Below, piece by piece: positions 39,401-51,400 of a stretch of DNA of 64,000 bases (within the stretch, counting starts at the first letter, position 1; each line of letters opens with the position of its first letter). The notes beneath the pieces were generated by a model that searched no databases, was not told the DNA's origin, and saw only the letters and a program-made list of their open reading frames with translations. A program made the translations under genes and the position numbers. Source of the DNA: Phoronis australis (lineage: Eukaryota; Animalia; Phoronida); NCBI GenBank assembly GCA_002633005.1, contig NMRA01000598.1:192198-256197 (forward strand). Reading direction: 5' to 3'.

Positions 39401-42400
39401 TGGAGGAGTTTGAAAATCCACGTCAGCCATGCTTTTGCCAGTAGAAACTGCCAATTTCCATAATGATCCTCTGAATGGTTTGGCAGATACAGAAGCAGAA
39501 AACAAAAACAGACAAAAAATAATTAAAATGGCCGCCACTAGTTGGTGCAGAATATGTTGTTGAATGCATCACAAAAAGGAAAGATGTCGTCGTCTTCACT
39601 ATAGAAATTGGTTTGCCCAATTACAACACAAAGCATCAAGGAATTGTGAAGATAGAGAGGCAAAAGTAAAATTACCACTGGGGAGCACAGTTGTACAGTG
39701 TACATGTAGTTGGATGGGCCTGAAACTGGCCATCATTAGTTGCCATCTCCATAGAAACACATCTGCTAAATTTCAGGAAGATCTTGCAAAGGGTAAGGAG
39801 ATACAGCTGTGGACACAAAAAATTGCCTCTGGGAGAAGGGGAAGAGAGTAGTTGAACACATCTGAAAATCAACGTTAGCCTCAGTCTTCTCATCAGGAAC
39901 ACATCTCCAAATTTTAGTCATGATCCTTGCATTTGGTGGATGGAGAGGGTGATGTCAAAAACGGACTCAAAAATTGTTAAAATGGCTAAAGTGTGGCACA
40001 GAATAGGTCAAATCCACCCAAAAATGAAAGGTCTTGTTGTGTCCTTAATAAAAACCCATTTATTAAATTCCATAAAAATCTGTCAATGAGTTTCAAAGAT
40101 ACAGAGGACAATAGAAATATAAATTGTCGGTTCCATCCAAATCTCACCATTATCTGTTGTCCAACTTCATATAAATACACTTGCCAAATTTAACAAATAA
40201 CCTGCACAAGGTTTGGGAGATACAGCAACAGATGCCAAACACTGCCACTATTAGGTGTCACTATAGTCCAAATGGTCTGAAAATCATGATCAGCCATCTT
40301 CTTAACAGTAGAAACATAAACTACAATTTTCATCTTCAGAGTGTGGATAGAGGAGTGGATACCAAAAACAGACTCGAAAACAGTAAAATTGGATATTAGG
40401 TGATGCAATATACCTCGAATTCATCCCAAAATGGGAGGATAACATTATTTCACTGACGGACGCCTATGTGTCAAATTTCATGAAAATCTGTTCAGGACCT
40501 TTGAAGATACAGCTCAGCTAAACTTAAAAAAAAACTAAAATTGACTCTACGGGGTACACCAGTGGTCGAATCCGTCAATTTTATATAAATACACTTATTA
40601 AATTTAAAGATTCTGCAGTGGGTTTAGGAAATACAACAATGGGCACAGAGAAAAACAAAACTGCTACAAGGACGAGCCACAGAAGCCAGTTTTCACAATC
40701 ATCCTTGGAGTGGTTTGGTGGGCACAAAATTGGTGCGTCCAAAATTGGTGGGCACAAAATTGGTGCGTCCAAAATTTGTCCTCATCCAGCTTCATAGGAA
40801 CATATTTTCAGTTCAGTTTAGGAGATGCACAGACAGAGACTACAGCAATATGCACCCACATATAAAATACATGTATGTGGGTGCATAAAAATTCAAAGAA
40901 AGAGAGCACACAAACCTCCTAGTTCTTTGACATTCAGAATACAGTTTTCGAATCTCAGGGCTTTGATACTAAAACCTGAAAAGAAAACAGAAAATAAATC
41001 ATGAAAAATGTATAGGAAAAAGGGTCATATAGAGTGGTCCTGCATTTTGGAAACCAGTTTCTTCAACTGAATAATGAGCATCAAACTGGTTCTCAAATTC
41101 TGGGAGCTCTGTGGTTTTTGCTAAATGTGGATGACGGTGATGAAAACAATTCATAAAACATGCGCGCACCCAGGGGGGCTCGGGGGGCTTGAATGAGCCC
41201 CCCATTTGGCGAAGTAGGTAAAAAAGGTCCGGCTCCGAGTGACAAAAAGTCCGAGATAACTGGATGAAAGACCACTAAATAAGCGCTGTTTTGTTAGCAT
41301 AAGGTCCACAATGTCAAGATTCGAGACCCCCCAAATTGAAGGCTGGGTGCGCGCATGTAAAATGTACTGAATCAATGCTGAATTCAATAGATTTTGTCAA
41401 GTATAGTCGTGATTGCTTCTCATTAAATTAATTTGATAAGATAAAGAACTTTTGGAGCTTTTCCAGAACAAGCATTTTTTGTTTTGTGCAGAATCCAAAA
41501 ACCCAAACACCCAAACTTTACCCCAGTGTCCTCATCTTCCACCCTTGACAACCAAATTTGATCTTTGTATTAATATTTAATGCTGCAATGAACCGTATTC
41601 TGACTTTCTTTGCAGCCTACAGGTGTCAGGGCTTGGAATGACCAAGACAAAAATAGGATAGTTTTCCAGGCAACGTACTACACCATTGCGTTCTGATCAA
41701 TTCCTCGCTAGGAATTAACTGTGACAGCCATGCTCCTTTTGTGACTGAAACATACCCACAGGGACAAGCAACTTAATGGCCCTAGTCTGATGTAGTACCG
41801 CCGAGTTCTTTTCAAACCTCAAGATAAGACTACTCCCAAACAAGCAATGCTCCTTTTTGAGATAGCTTTCCATTTCCAAATCAAGTCACGGGCAACACAC
41901 ACACACAAGTAGTTACTTTCAAATTGGCAGTTTCAGGGTTGGCCAACTGAGCTCCCACGCATTTTCTTGATTCACTGATGGTTTCGACATTCGTATTGAT
42001 AGGGGTAATCTGAGTGCAAATGCAGTAACCCAAGATAAGAACCTATAAGCCAAATTCCATCCTGAAAATCCATAAAAACTCCAAGATGCAAGGGCAAACA
42101 TAAAAAGCTAAAAAACCGCCAGAGGACACAGTGGTAGTTAGATTCATCTGAGAATCCCTTGTGTCTTCCTGTCCATGATAAACAAATGCCTGTAAAGTAT
42201 CCAGAACATCTATTGAGGTGCTTTGGAGAAACGGCAGCGGATGCAAGACCCACAAGATGATGGCATATGCAACCAAACACACACACAAAGTCGTAAATAC
42301 AAACAGGCACAAGAAACCATCCAATCACCTGTGGTTGGCTCTATGCCTTCGACGCTCTCTCCACTCAGAAGTGCTAGAAGTGTGCTCTTCCCAGTGTTGG

Positions 42401-45400
42401 CCAGTCCTATACAAATGACTGAGAACTCATGTTTGGGTAAAGGGTCAGCCCTGCAGCACATCTTTTTGCAGAAGAGCTGAAAATGAAACAAATGGAGTTG
42501 TGCATTAGATGATGCATGAATGTGTATATTAGGGGAGTGCTCCATCGTTTCTTGTGAGAAAAGCAAGATCTCCCATGATCTTGCAAAACCAGTCACGTTA
42601 TGAGCAGGTGTTAAAATATCCAGTTAATTAATGGTGGTTACCTATAGCTAGTACACTTGTCACAAATTGGACTCTCCTCAATAGTGGAGGTAGAAAAACA
42701 CATTGCCTGAATGACTTAGTTTCTAATCACTAAGCAACTTACATGTACATACAGCTGAGATCAGGACAGGCAACCGCGACCGTAGCCGTTACTCAGCTGA
42801 TTTACTTTGAACTTAACATTAATATCTACCGTAATAACATGTTTTATTTTTCAACTGGTAGGCGAAAGATTGACAGCAAATGTCAACAGCCAAAGATGTC
42901 GCCAAAATATCCCTACACCATTTTAAGCTACTATAAAAATAGGATTAATTACAGAAATGACGGTGGTAAAAGAAAGTAAAAAAACGAATTCTGCTATTTG
43001 ATATTAAACGTCGTAATGTTACTTAAAATGCATTGTTAAACTATGCGCAGTTTGTTGTGATATCAGCCACGGACTGGATCAACCGTAAAACTTTAAATTG
43101 GCCTAAAGATGGTAAATCATGATTTTATTTCAACACAAAATACCGGTACTGATAATCTGTGGTACCGCACTGAGGGTGGCATTTACTGGCACGGTTGGAT
43201 ACAACACAGCACCAAGGGGTATGCAAAAATTTGAAGATCGATAATATGAATCAGTTTTCAGCAAAGGCAATTGAGCCTCACCCTTCACCACGAACGGTCA
43301 AAGCAGGAAGTATGCATGGGCTTTTTGGGAACATTTTTCTGCTTTGTCTGCGAATTTGTTGCGAACTCGCTGGAGCAGGACATCGTGAATAGCATTAGAA
43401 GAAAGAATAATTGCTAATGGTTTGTTGAAACACTGTTTTGTGTAACTTTATTGAGTTTTGTGTTTGATATGGATGGCTTAAGCGAGGTTGTGGAATTCCT
43501 TGTCCCGAGTGTCATACCTTATTACCATATTATATAGTCATGGTTTATTGGAGGACGATCAGAAGCTGAGAATGCCTGTGGAACAAAGGTGTTGTTTTAT
43601 TTCACTGTTACGGATTGATGTATTTGAATGTACCATAGCCTACAGAGTTCAGTAGGCCAATTTACCATGGTCGATGGCGGGAGATTGGGTCTATTTGGTC
43701 ATAAATTTGAATCATTCTTCCGTGAACTACAGACAGGAAAACATAGCTGTGTTGTACTTTTAGATTTGCGATTTTTTCACTTTTAACACACAAAGCACTG
43801 GTTATTCCAGCCAGTGGCTCGGAACTTGATCAGGCCCGTAGCGGCCGCAGGGACTGTACATCACACACTCAAAGCTAAACCTCCAGTCATGAAAAGACTA
43901 TAACAAAGAGCCAAAAAAATATTACGCAGGTAATAATTTTGGTGAATTAGCCACGAAACTGAAAATCTACATACTTGTTGGGGGTCTTGAACTTAGGTTC
44001 GCCTTCCACAGAACCATCAGGGCAAAAGTTGCACACTAACAATGATTTAAATAATGTATTTAGGCAATTCCATTTGTAATGGACGTACAATCAGAGAACA
44101 TTTTGATCAATTGCCAAAAATTTGTGCATCCTATGAAAATGAATAATACCCCAAATGAAAGGTATCATTAATAGCTTTCAAATCGTGTATCAACTTTTCT
44201 CCTATCCTTTTATGAGACTGAGAAAATTGCCTTTAAAGGGGTGTGACGGACGTACACAGAGAATTTCAAATTTGAAAAAAAAAATTAACATTAATTTTCT
44301 GTGAGTTGCATTTAGTTACATTATTTTGTTTTATATGGTGATTTAGTTCAATGTTTGCATAGTGCAAAACACTAAATTTTTTGATGATATCCTCGAAGAA
44401 ATTTTCATAGGATAGCTCGATGTGAGTTGAAAGTGTGTGCAGACAGACGTACGTGACAGACGTACACTCTGAATTTCTAGTAATAAATTGTTTTTTTGTG
44501 ACTAGGATATCACTTCGGAATGATTCAAACTTTTACAGTATTTAAGCTATATTGGTCTTTTGCTACTAATTCAATGTTATTTAATAAAAATGTACAAATT
44601 GATATTTTGCACAAAATCATCACTGGTAGGCCTATGCTGGGAATGTACTCTAGGATTTTAACTTTTCAATATATTTGATTAAAGATACAAAACACCACTC
44701 TAAAACCCTGACTTCTCTTCGAATATAGTAAGCAATGTAGATAAGAATGAGAGTGATAACCATTTTGAATTTGACAGCTATTGGTTGCCAGGAAAACTGT
44801 TTTTAAGGGTTTTAAGTAGAGCACTAATTTGAAAACAATAAACAAATGTGACTGTTAAAATATAAAATGTGAAATAAAGTTTTAAAACATTACCAATCAT
44901 TGTAATAAAAATGCATTGTAATCAATCATTTTTAATTCTACTTAGAACCTGCCTTAAGGTTGCACAAAGTTATTCCCTGGTCTATGTCGTTCGTGCTTCT
45001 GATAAACACCCATGCCAAAGATAATGTTTTCAAAGTATTAGTAACAGGACTTCAGTATCTTCTGGTAACAAAGTGTGAAGCCTGGTTTAGTTGACAGTAT
45101 TGACTCGTGGCATTTATATTTTGATTCAAAAACCGGTGCTGTCTTCCTGGGTGAAAACAAGACATTTTAAATTCAATGCATTTAGAATTATGATTTGGGA
45201 ATGTGCAGATCTAACTTATGAGATGCTGGTTTCTATTTAGTGATAAGTATGATTAGCTTTTCATCCAGGTCTTTAACTCATGCCTTCTTTTCAATTTTAC
45301 AGAGAGGAGTTTACTTAACTGATGTCACATCAGGGTTCACACAGGTACAAAAAAATTCTTGATCAACGATGGCATACTTTGAGATTCAGAGGATATTCCA

Positions 45401-48400
45401 GCAGATATTTATTCTTCTCGCAGTTGCATCTGTTCTTCCTATGATCTCCAACAATTTCTTCTTTCGTTTCTAAACATGGGTTTAATCTCTTTGAAGCTGA
45501 GCATAAAAAATTGGTCTTATTTCTTAAAAAGATTGCACAATCAAAAATATGTAAGATGAGACGGCGTAAACAATTGCTATGAAATCATTTCATACAAGCC
45601 ACCGATACACTGAAAAACACAAAAAGAGTGACTATACTCAGTGAGGATGTGACAAAAATGCTCAATAAAGAAGTTGACAGGTTGCTACCGCTTAAAAATG
45701 TCCAGTATTGGCTTTTTACCATAAAACATAGCATAGCAGGTCTGCAGAAATGACTCGTTGATTCCAGCGCAACAGTAACTTGATATATATAGTGAAATAC
45801 CCATAATTGGCTTATTTATGGCAATAACTAGAATCACACATGAAAATCGAGCTAATTTTTAGGGTCAAGTGACCCCCAAAATATGGCAATTTAGGCACAA
45901 AATTGAAACCTATAGGATAGTCAAACATGGATCTTGAAATTAGAGATACTGGGCTTTCAGACGAGACATGTTAGTATAGTCATAATTCTAATTATTTTGT
46001 ATTGGGGTGGACCTTTTCACAGAATTGCCCATTTGTACCAGAAAATCTGAATAAAGATTCCCCTAACATGTGACCATATCATCTAAAATCAGTTATTGTT
46101 TCACGACAGCTTTCAGTCAGAGAACGCTGAATTAGCATGCACTCGCACGGCCTTGGTGCCCGGTCGATAACCTTTATTGCATCTAAAGCCAGTAATGCAG
46201 TTGTTTATTCATTGCTGGCATCTCAAAACATTCGCACTCACGAATACCCCAAAGGCATTACAAATTGTGTCTAATGAGACTTTGTTTCAGTTTTATATAA
46301 GCACTGGTTAGGGTGAGAATAATTCATTTTGAAACAGAACGCAGAATAATAAATGTCGACATGGCAACTCGCAATCCTGCCTTAGACGAGAGCTCATCCA
46401 GTGAAGACTTCACAGGTGGATCGTTAGGTTTCACAGGCTATCAGTTCGAACCGATTAAGAAATACTAAAGAGAGGCACCGTGGACATGCACATGCAACAT
46501 AACGTATGGACTGTTCCTGAGTAAGTTACCATTTGACAGAAAAATCACTCTTCACGAAATGCCGGCCACATACACGGAGATTTTTTCACAGCCTGCGAGC
46601 CACTTCCTAAGCATTTCGGGCTCTCCAGGAAGTCTAAATAGGGATTGATTACTTAGTATGTCCCATTAGTGTCGGATTATCCAACTGAAAAGTCAACAGT
46701 AAAGCAAAATTTTAACACAAGTTACACAAGAGCAACGCAGAGCGTTGAAATGTGCCCACATAGAAATTCGTCACAGAACATCAAAGAAACAAAGGAAAAC
46801 AGAAAAAAATGAAATTGCCACTAGGAGGCACCGTGGTCATTGGATCCACCTGCAAGTCGTCATTGTCGGTTGTTAGCTTCATATAAATACACTTACAAAA
46901 TTTAATAAAGATACTGCAGTGGGTTTACAGGGCTCAACATTAACTTTTTAACACTTCGGGCAAGTAGTTGAAATTTTTACTTTCCCGAACAACGAATTCA
47001 CTTGCCCCATTAGTACAATCCCAAATAGCACCGTGCATGTGCACACCTAGGAAATGTGTTACCGTAGGGCTGCCTGTGCTGAGCCTCCTCTTGTGTTGTG
47101 CACGCTATATACATGAGTTGCTATTTTTTAACGATTCATCTTACAGAACATTTATTTATAAGGTGTGTCAAAACACTAGAGAGACAAATTAGAAGAGTAA
47201 CTATGGTATCTGAACCATTGTCACACGTTCACAGGCGCCGAAGTGAGCTAGGGCATGAACTCTAGACACTTCTGTGTATTCAGTGGCAGATCTACGATTT
47301 CAGTAAGGGGGGGGTTAGGATTCGAGAGAATCCGAGGCGCATAGCGCCGAGGAGAAGGAAGGTCGTGAGAGGGTTTCCCTCCTCCCGTGTAAGATTTTTT
47401 GGGATTTTTAGTAGCTAATTTCGTTTTTCTGGCGATTTTTTTTCCAGTTTTTATTTTTGATCCTTTCCCGAGGGGGGGTTTAAACCCCCTGAACCCCCCC
47501 CCCTGTAGATCCGCCTCTGGATTCATTAGTTTATACGCCCTCATGCATTAAACTAGCCAGCCAGCTAGCTGTATGAAGACTGTTGTCAAAATACAGCTAG
47601 GTCCCACTGCGTGTATTTCTTCCGTAGTCAGCGAAATTGCACACAGCCAAGGTAGTTCTGCTCGTCACCGCGCCATGAAGCTTGTATCCACATGTAAAGC
47701 TAAAGACCGGACGGTGTGCATGCAAAATCTGGGAGTCAACCGACACTCACCTTGCCCGTTACAGCCGTTTAAGTGAAAAACAATGTAGTAAACTTCATTT
47801 TCTTGCGTAACTCTCTGCCTTTTCTAACAATGAAAAGTATTTCAGTACGCTCGTGTCACACGCACGCGCCATTTCCTAAATTTTTGAGACATCTCTCAGG
47901 AGACAATGATAGCTTGGAAGCAACAAAATTTCTTCTGAAATTTGATTTTTCGGTACCAAAATTCTAAAAACTTTTAATGAGGTGAAGCCAGTTCTGATAA
48001 TTAAATTTGTTGTGACGTGTACGCAACCTCGTGAAAGAACAACAGTTGATTGAAGAATCGGCGAAAAAAGAAACTGGCAACGCAAAATTTCATAGCGCCG
48101 AAAGCAGTCGCTAAAGATCGCTCTACAACTTTAGCAGCAGAAGTAAATTAAAATCAAATTTTAACATATAATAATGCCACATATACTTTTATTTTCAATA
48201 AATAATAACATTTTTGAAAAATACATAGACCGCGAAAAAGTCACCCTTCAGACTTCAGAGCGGCAATCCCTAAGACCGTATTCTCTTCTTTCGGGAATCG
48301 CCACCGGGAGCCGGGAATTCATAAGAATGTCCTTTAGAATTCCCCTTGAATAAATACCAGGCCATTTAAACTGCTGTGTAGTGTAGAAAATATGTCGTCA

Positions 48401-51400
48401 ATCATTCACTTTTTAGCTTTTGCGCTTATCTGTATGACTTACATCCGCTGACGAACGCGGTGCTTCCAGTTGTCATGGCCGGGTAAATGCCGGCAAAAAT
48501 CAAACGTCAACCCTTGTTCACTGTCTCGCAGGCCAGAAAACCTAATTTCCCATGACGGAACCCATCCCCGCACTCTTTTCGTTTCATATTATTGCTTTGA
48601 TTCTTCCTGAACTCGTTTTTAGCAACTAAACCAATGCCGTCCAGGCCATGTTTAGACGTTTTGCCAGAGTGCAGACGATCAGTAGTATCACGTGACAACT
48701 TATTCAGAAACTGCAGGGCACGTTCAGAGAATCGAAAGGATTTGACCGCGAGCGTCATCTGTGCAAGCTGCATCACACTCGTTCTATTTTCCTTTCGGTG
48801 CTCATTCGAAGACGAAAGTTTTTTCGACGGCTTTTAGGAGCTTGTGTCCGGGTTCGTTACTTTGGAGCAAATGTCGAGCAGACAATCTTAGTCGGATCTA
48901 CTTGCCTATGCGGCTAGCTTTTTAACTTGCCCATCGGGCAAGTACTTTTCAAATTCCACTTGCCCGACGCAAAATCTACATGTACATGGGCAATCAGGCA
49001 ACCGTTAGTGTTGAGCCCTGGTTTAGGAGATAGAACTATAGGCACACAACAAAACAAAACTACCACTAGTAGATGCCACAGTAGTAAGTCGCCATCATCA
49101 AACGTCCTCTTCACACTGAGAATATATACGCCAATTTTCAAAACAATCCTTAAAATGATATGGTTGATACAGGGGTAGACACCAAAAACAAGATTTGAAA
49201 ACAGAAAAAATGGCCACTAGGTGGCGCAAAATACCTCGATTCCATCCAAAAACAGCAAAATAGCATCATCTCACCAATAGATGACTATACTGAAAATTTT
49301 ATGAAAATCTCTAGAGGACCTTTGAAAACACAGAGCTAAAGGTAAAAACTAAAATTGCCACTAGGGTGCACACCAGTAGTCAGATCTTTCAGAAAGTAGT
49401 CATCCTCCGTAGTCAAAATCATATAAATACACTTGGTAAAGATCCTGCAAACAGTTTAGGAGATACAGCCATGAGTGAAAAAACTAAACTGCCACTAGGA
49501 GGCACCCCAGTAGACGAAGTCGTCAGAAAATCATCGTCAGCCGTCCACTTTATAGCAAAAACATACATGCCAATTTTCACAACAGTCCTGAAAATGGTTT
49601 GGTTGATAGATGAGTGGACGCCAAAAAACAGACTTGAAAACATTAAAAATGACCACTAAACAAGATCGAATTCATCTGAAAACGGAGTGATAGCGTCACC
49701 TCATTAACAGATGTCAGTATGCCAATTTTATGAACATACATTGAGGACCTTTGAAGATGCAGAGGTAAACGTAAAAAACAAAATTGTCACTAGGTGGTAC
49801 ACCAGTAGTCAGATCTGTACATAAGTCATCGTCTTCAGTTGTTAACATCATTATTAAATTTCGTAAAGATCCTGTGAACGGTCACAGGCGAAAGAAAACA
49901 AAACTGCCACTAGGAGGTGCCACAGTAGTCAAAGTCGTCGGAAAGTCATCGACGGACGTCAACTTCATAGTAGGAACATACATGCCAATTTCCACAGTCA
50001 TCCTTTGAGCAGTTTGGCTGATAGAGGGGTGGACGAAAACAGTAAAAATGGCCACTAGGTGGCGAAACTACGTTGAATCCATCCAAAAATGAGAGGATCG
50101 CGTCATCTCACCAATAGGTGCCTACATACCAAATTTCATTAAAATCCGTTAAGGTCATTTGAAGATACAGGTAAGCGTAAAAAACTAAAATTGCTACCAG
50201 GTGGCACACCGGTTGTCGGAGGTGTCCAAAATTTGGCTCATACCATCCCATCCACCGAAGGAACACATTTGCAAAATTTCATGAACATATGTCCAGTGGT
50301 TTTGGAGATAGAGTGGACGCCGGCCGGCCGGCCGGACAGACATGACGGCATAATGCATCCACATATAAATATGTGGGCGCATAAAAATGATATTAAAACA
50401 AGATTTCAGTCAGGAGACAAGATGGACAGTCTCCCTCTGAGTAGTCTTGGTACAAAGATGTATACTAAATATACAGCTTTGCACCAATGTGGGTAAAAAA
50501 GAGACCAAGAGATGTTATGAAACAATAGTAGCTTCATTAAAAACTACACACTTACTAGTATTTGAGCAAATAAAATTATTTTTTGGTTTTGGAAAAATTG
50601 GCAGTATACTGTTATTCTGCTGCTAAAGTTGTGGAGCAAGCTTCTGCGTCGGCTTTCGGTGTCATGAAATATTGCATCACCTATTGGCCAGTTTCTTTTT
50701 TCGCAGATTCTTCAATCAACTGTTGTTCTTTCACGAGGTTGCGTACACTTCACAACAAATTATCGAAACTGGTTTCACTTCATTATAAGTTTCTAGAACT
50801 TAAATACCCAAAAAACAAATTTCAGAAGAAATTTTGCTGCTGCCAAGCTATCATCATCTCCCGAGAGAGGTCACAAAAATTTAGGAAATGAAGTGAGCGC
50901 GTGCCACGAGCGTATTGTTTTCAAAACGACGACATAACTTTTCTTTGTTAGAAAAGGCAGAGGATTATGCAAGAAAATGATGTCTATTAGATTCTTTTCC
51001 ACTTAAATGGCTCTAACCCAGTGTTCTCCCCGACCACTTTTAACATGTCGCAGCGTCCTGTTTGGCCGAGCGCGCGTCCTGTTTAAATGTCCCGCGTCCT
51101 GTTTAAAAATCCAGCGTCCTGTTTAAAAATCCCGCGACCAGTTTAAAAATATAGGGACTACTTTGTAAAAAAGGCATCGTCGTCGTTAATAAGTTCTTCA
51201 CTGGTTCAAATTATGCTTGACAGCAACTGGCCATAGCCCATTGAAACTGAATAAAGGCTAAGCCTAAGGAAGAACACTGCCTCTAACCACAGGCATCCTC
51301 AGCTTCTAATCGTCCGCAATACACTATATAATACAACAAGGTATGACACTCCGGACTAGAAATTCCACGGGTGCTTCACTTCAGCTGTCCATAACAAACA

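Larger units (their letters stand above)
46726..50387 (+). mobile_element. HINE element copy 3, interrupted by a nested insertion, in ARL15 intron 1
   Basis: acaagagcaacgcagagcgttgaaatgtgcccac start; core repeats resume at 49021; ends atgtgggcgcataaaa. Confidence 0.78.

Noticed and set aside
41919-42101. Alternative ARL15 exon 3 (LSIRMSK...WELS)
   Set aside because: The 60-nt exon at 40916-40975 has proper splice sites, phase and the FSIKA...KELG motif; this segment does not.
43067-46030. Candidate TIR pairs (43067/43841 and ~44063/46030)
   Set aside because: Imperfect short matches with no identifiable TSD.
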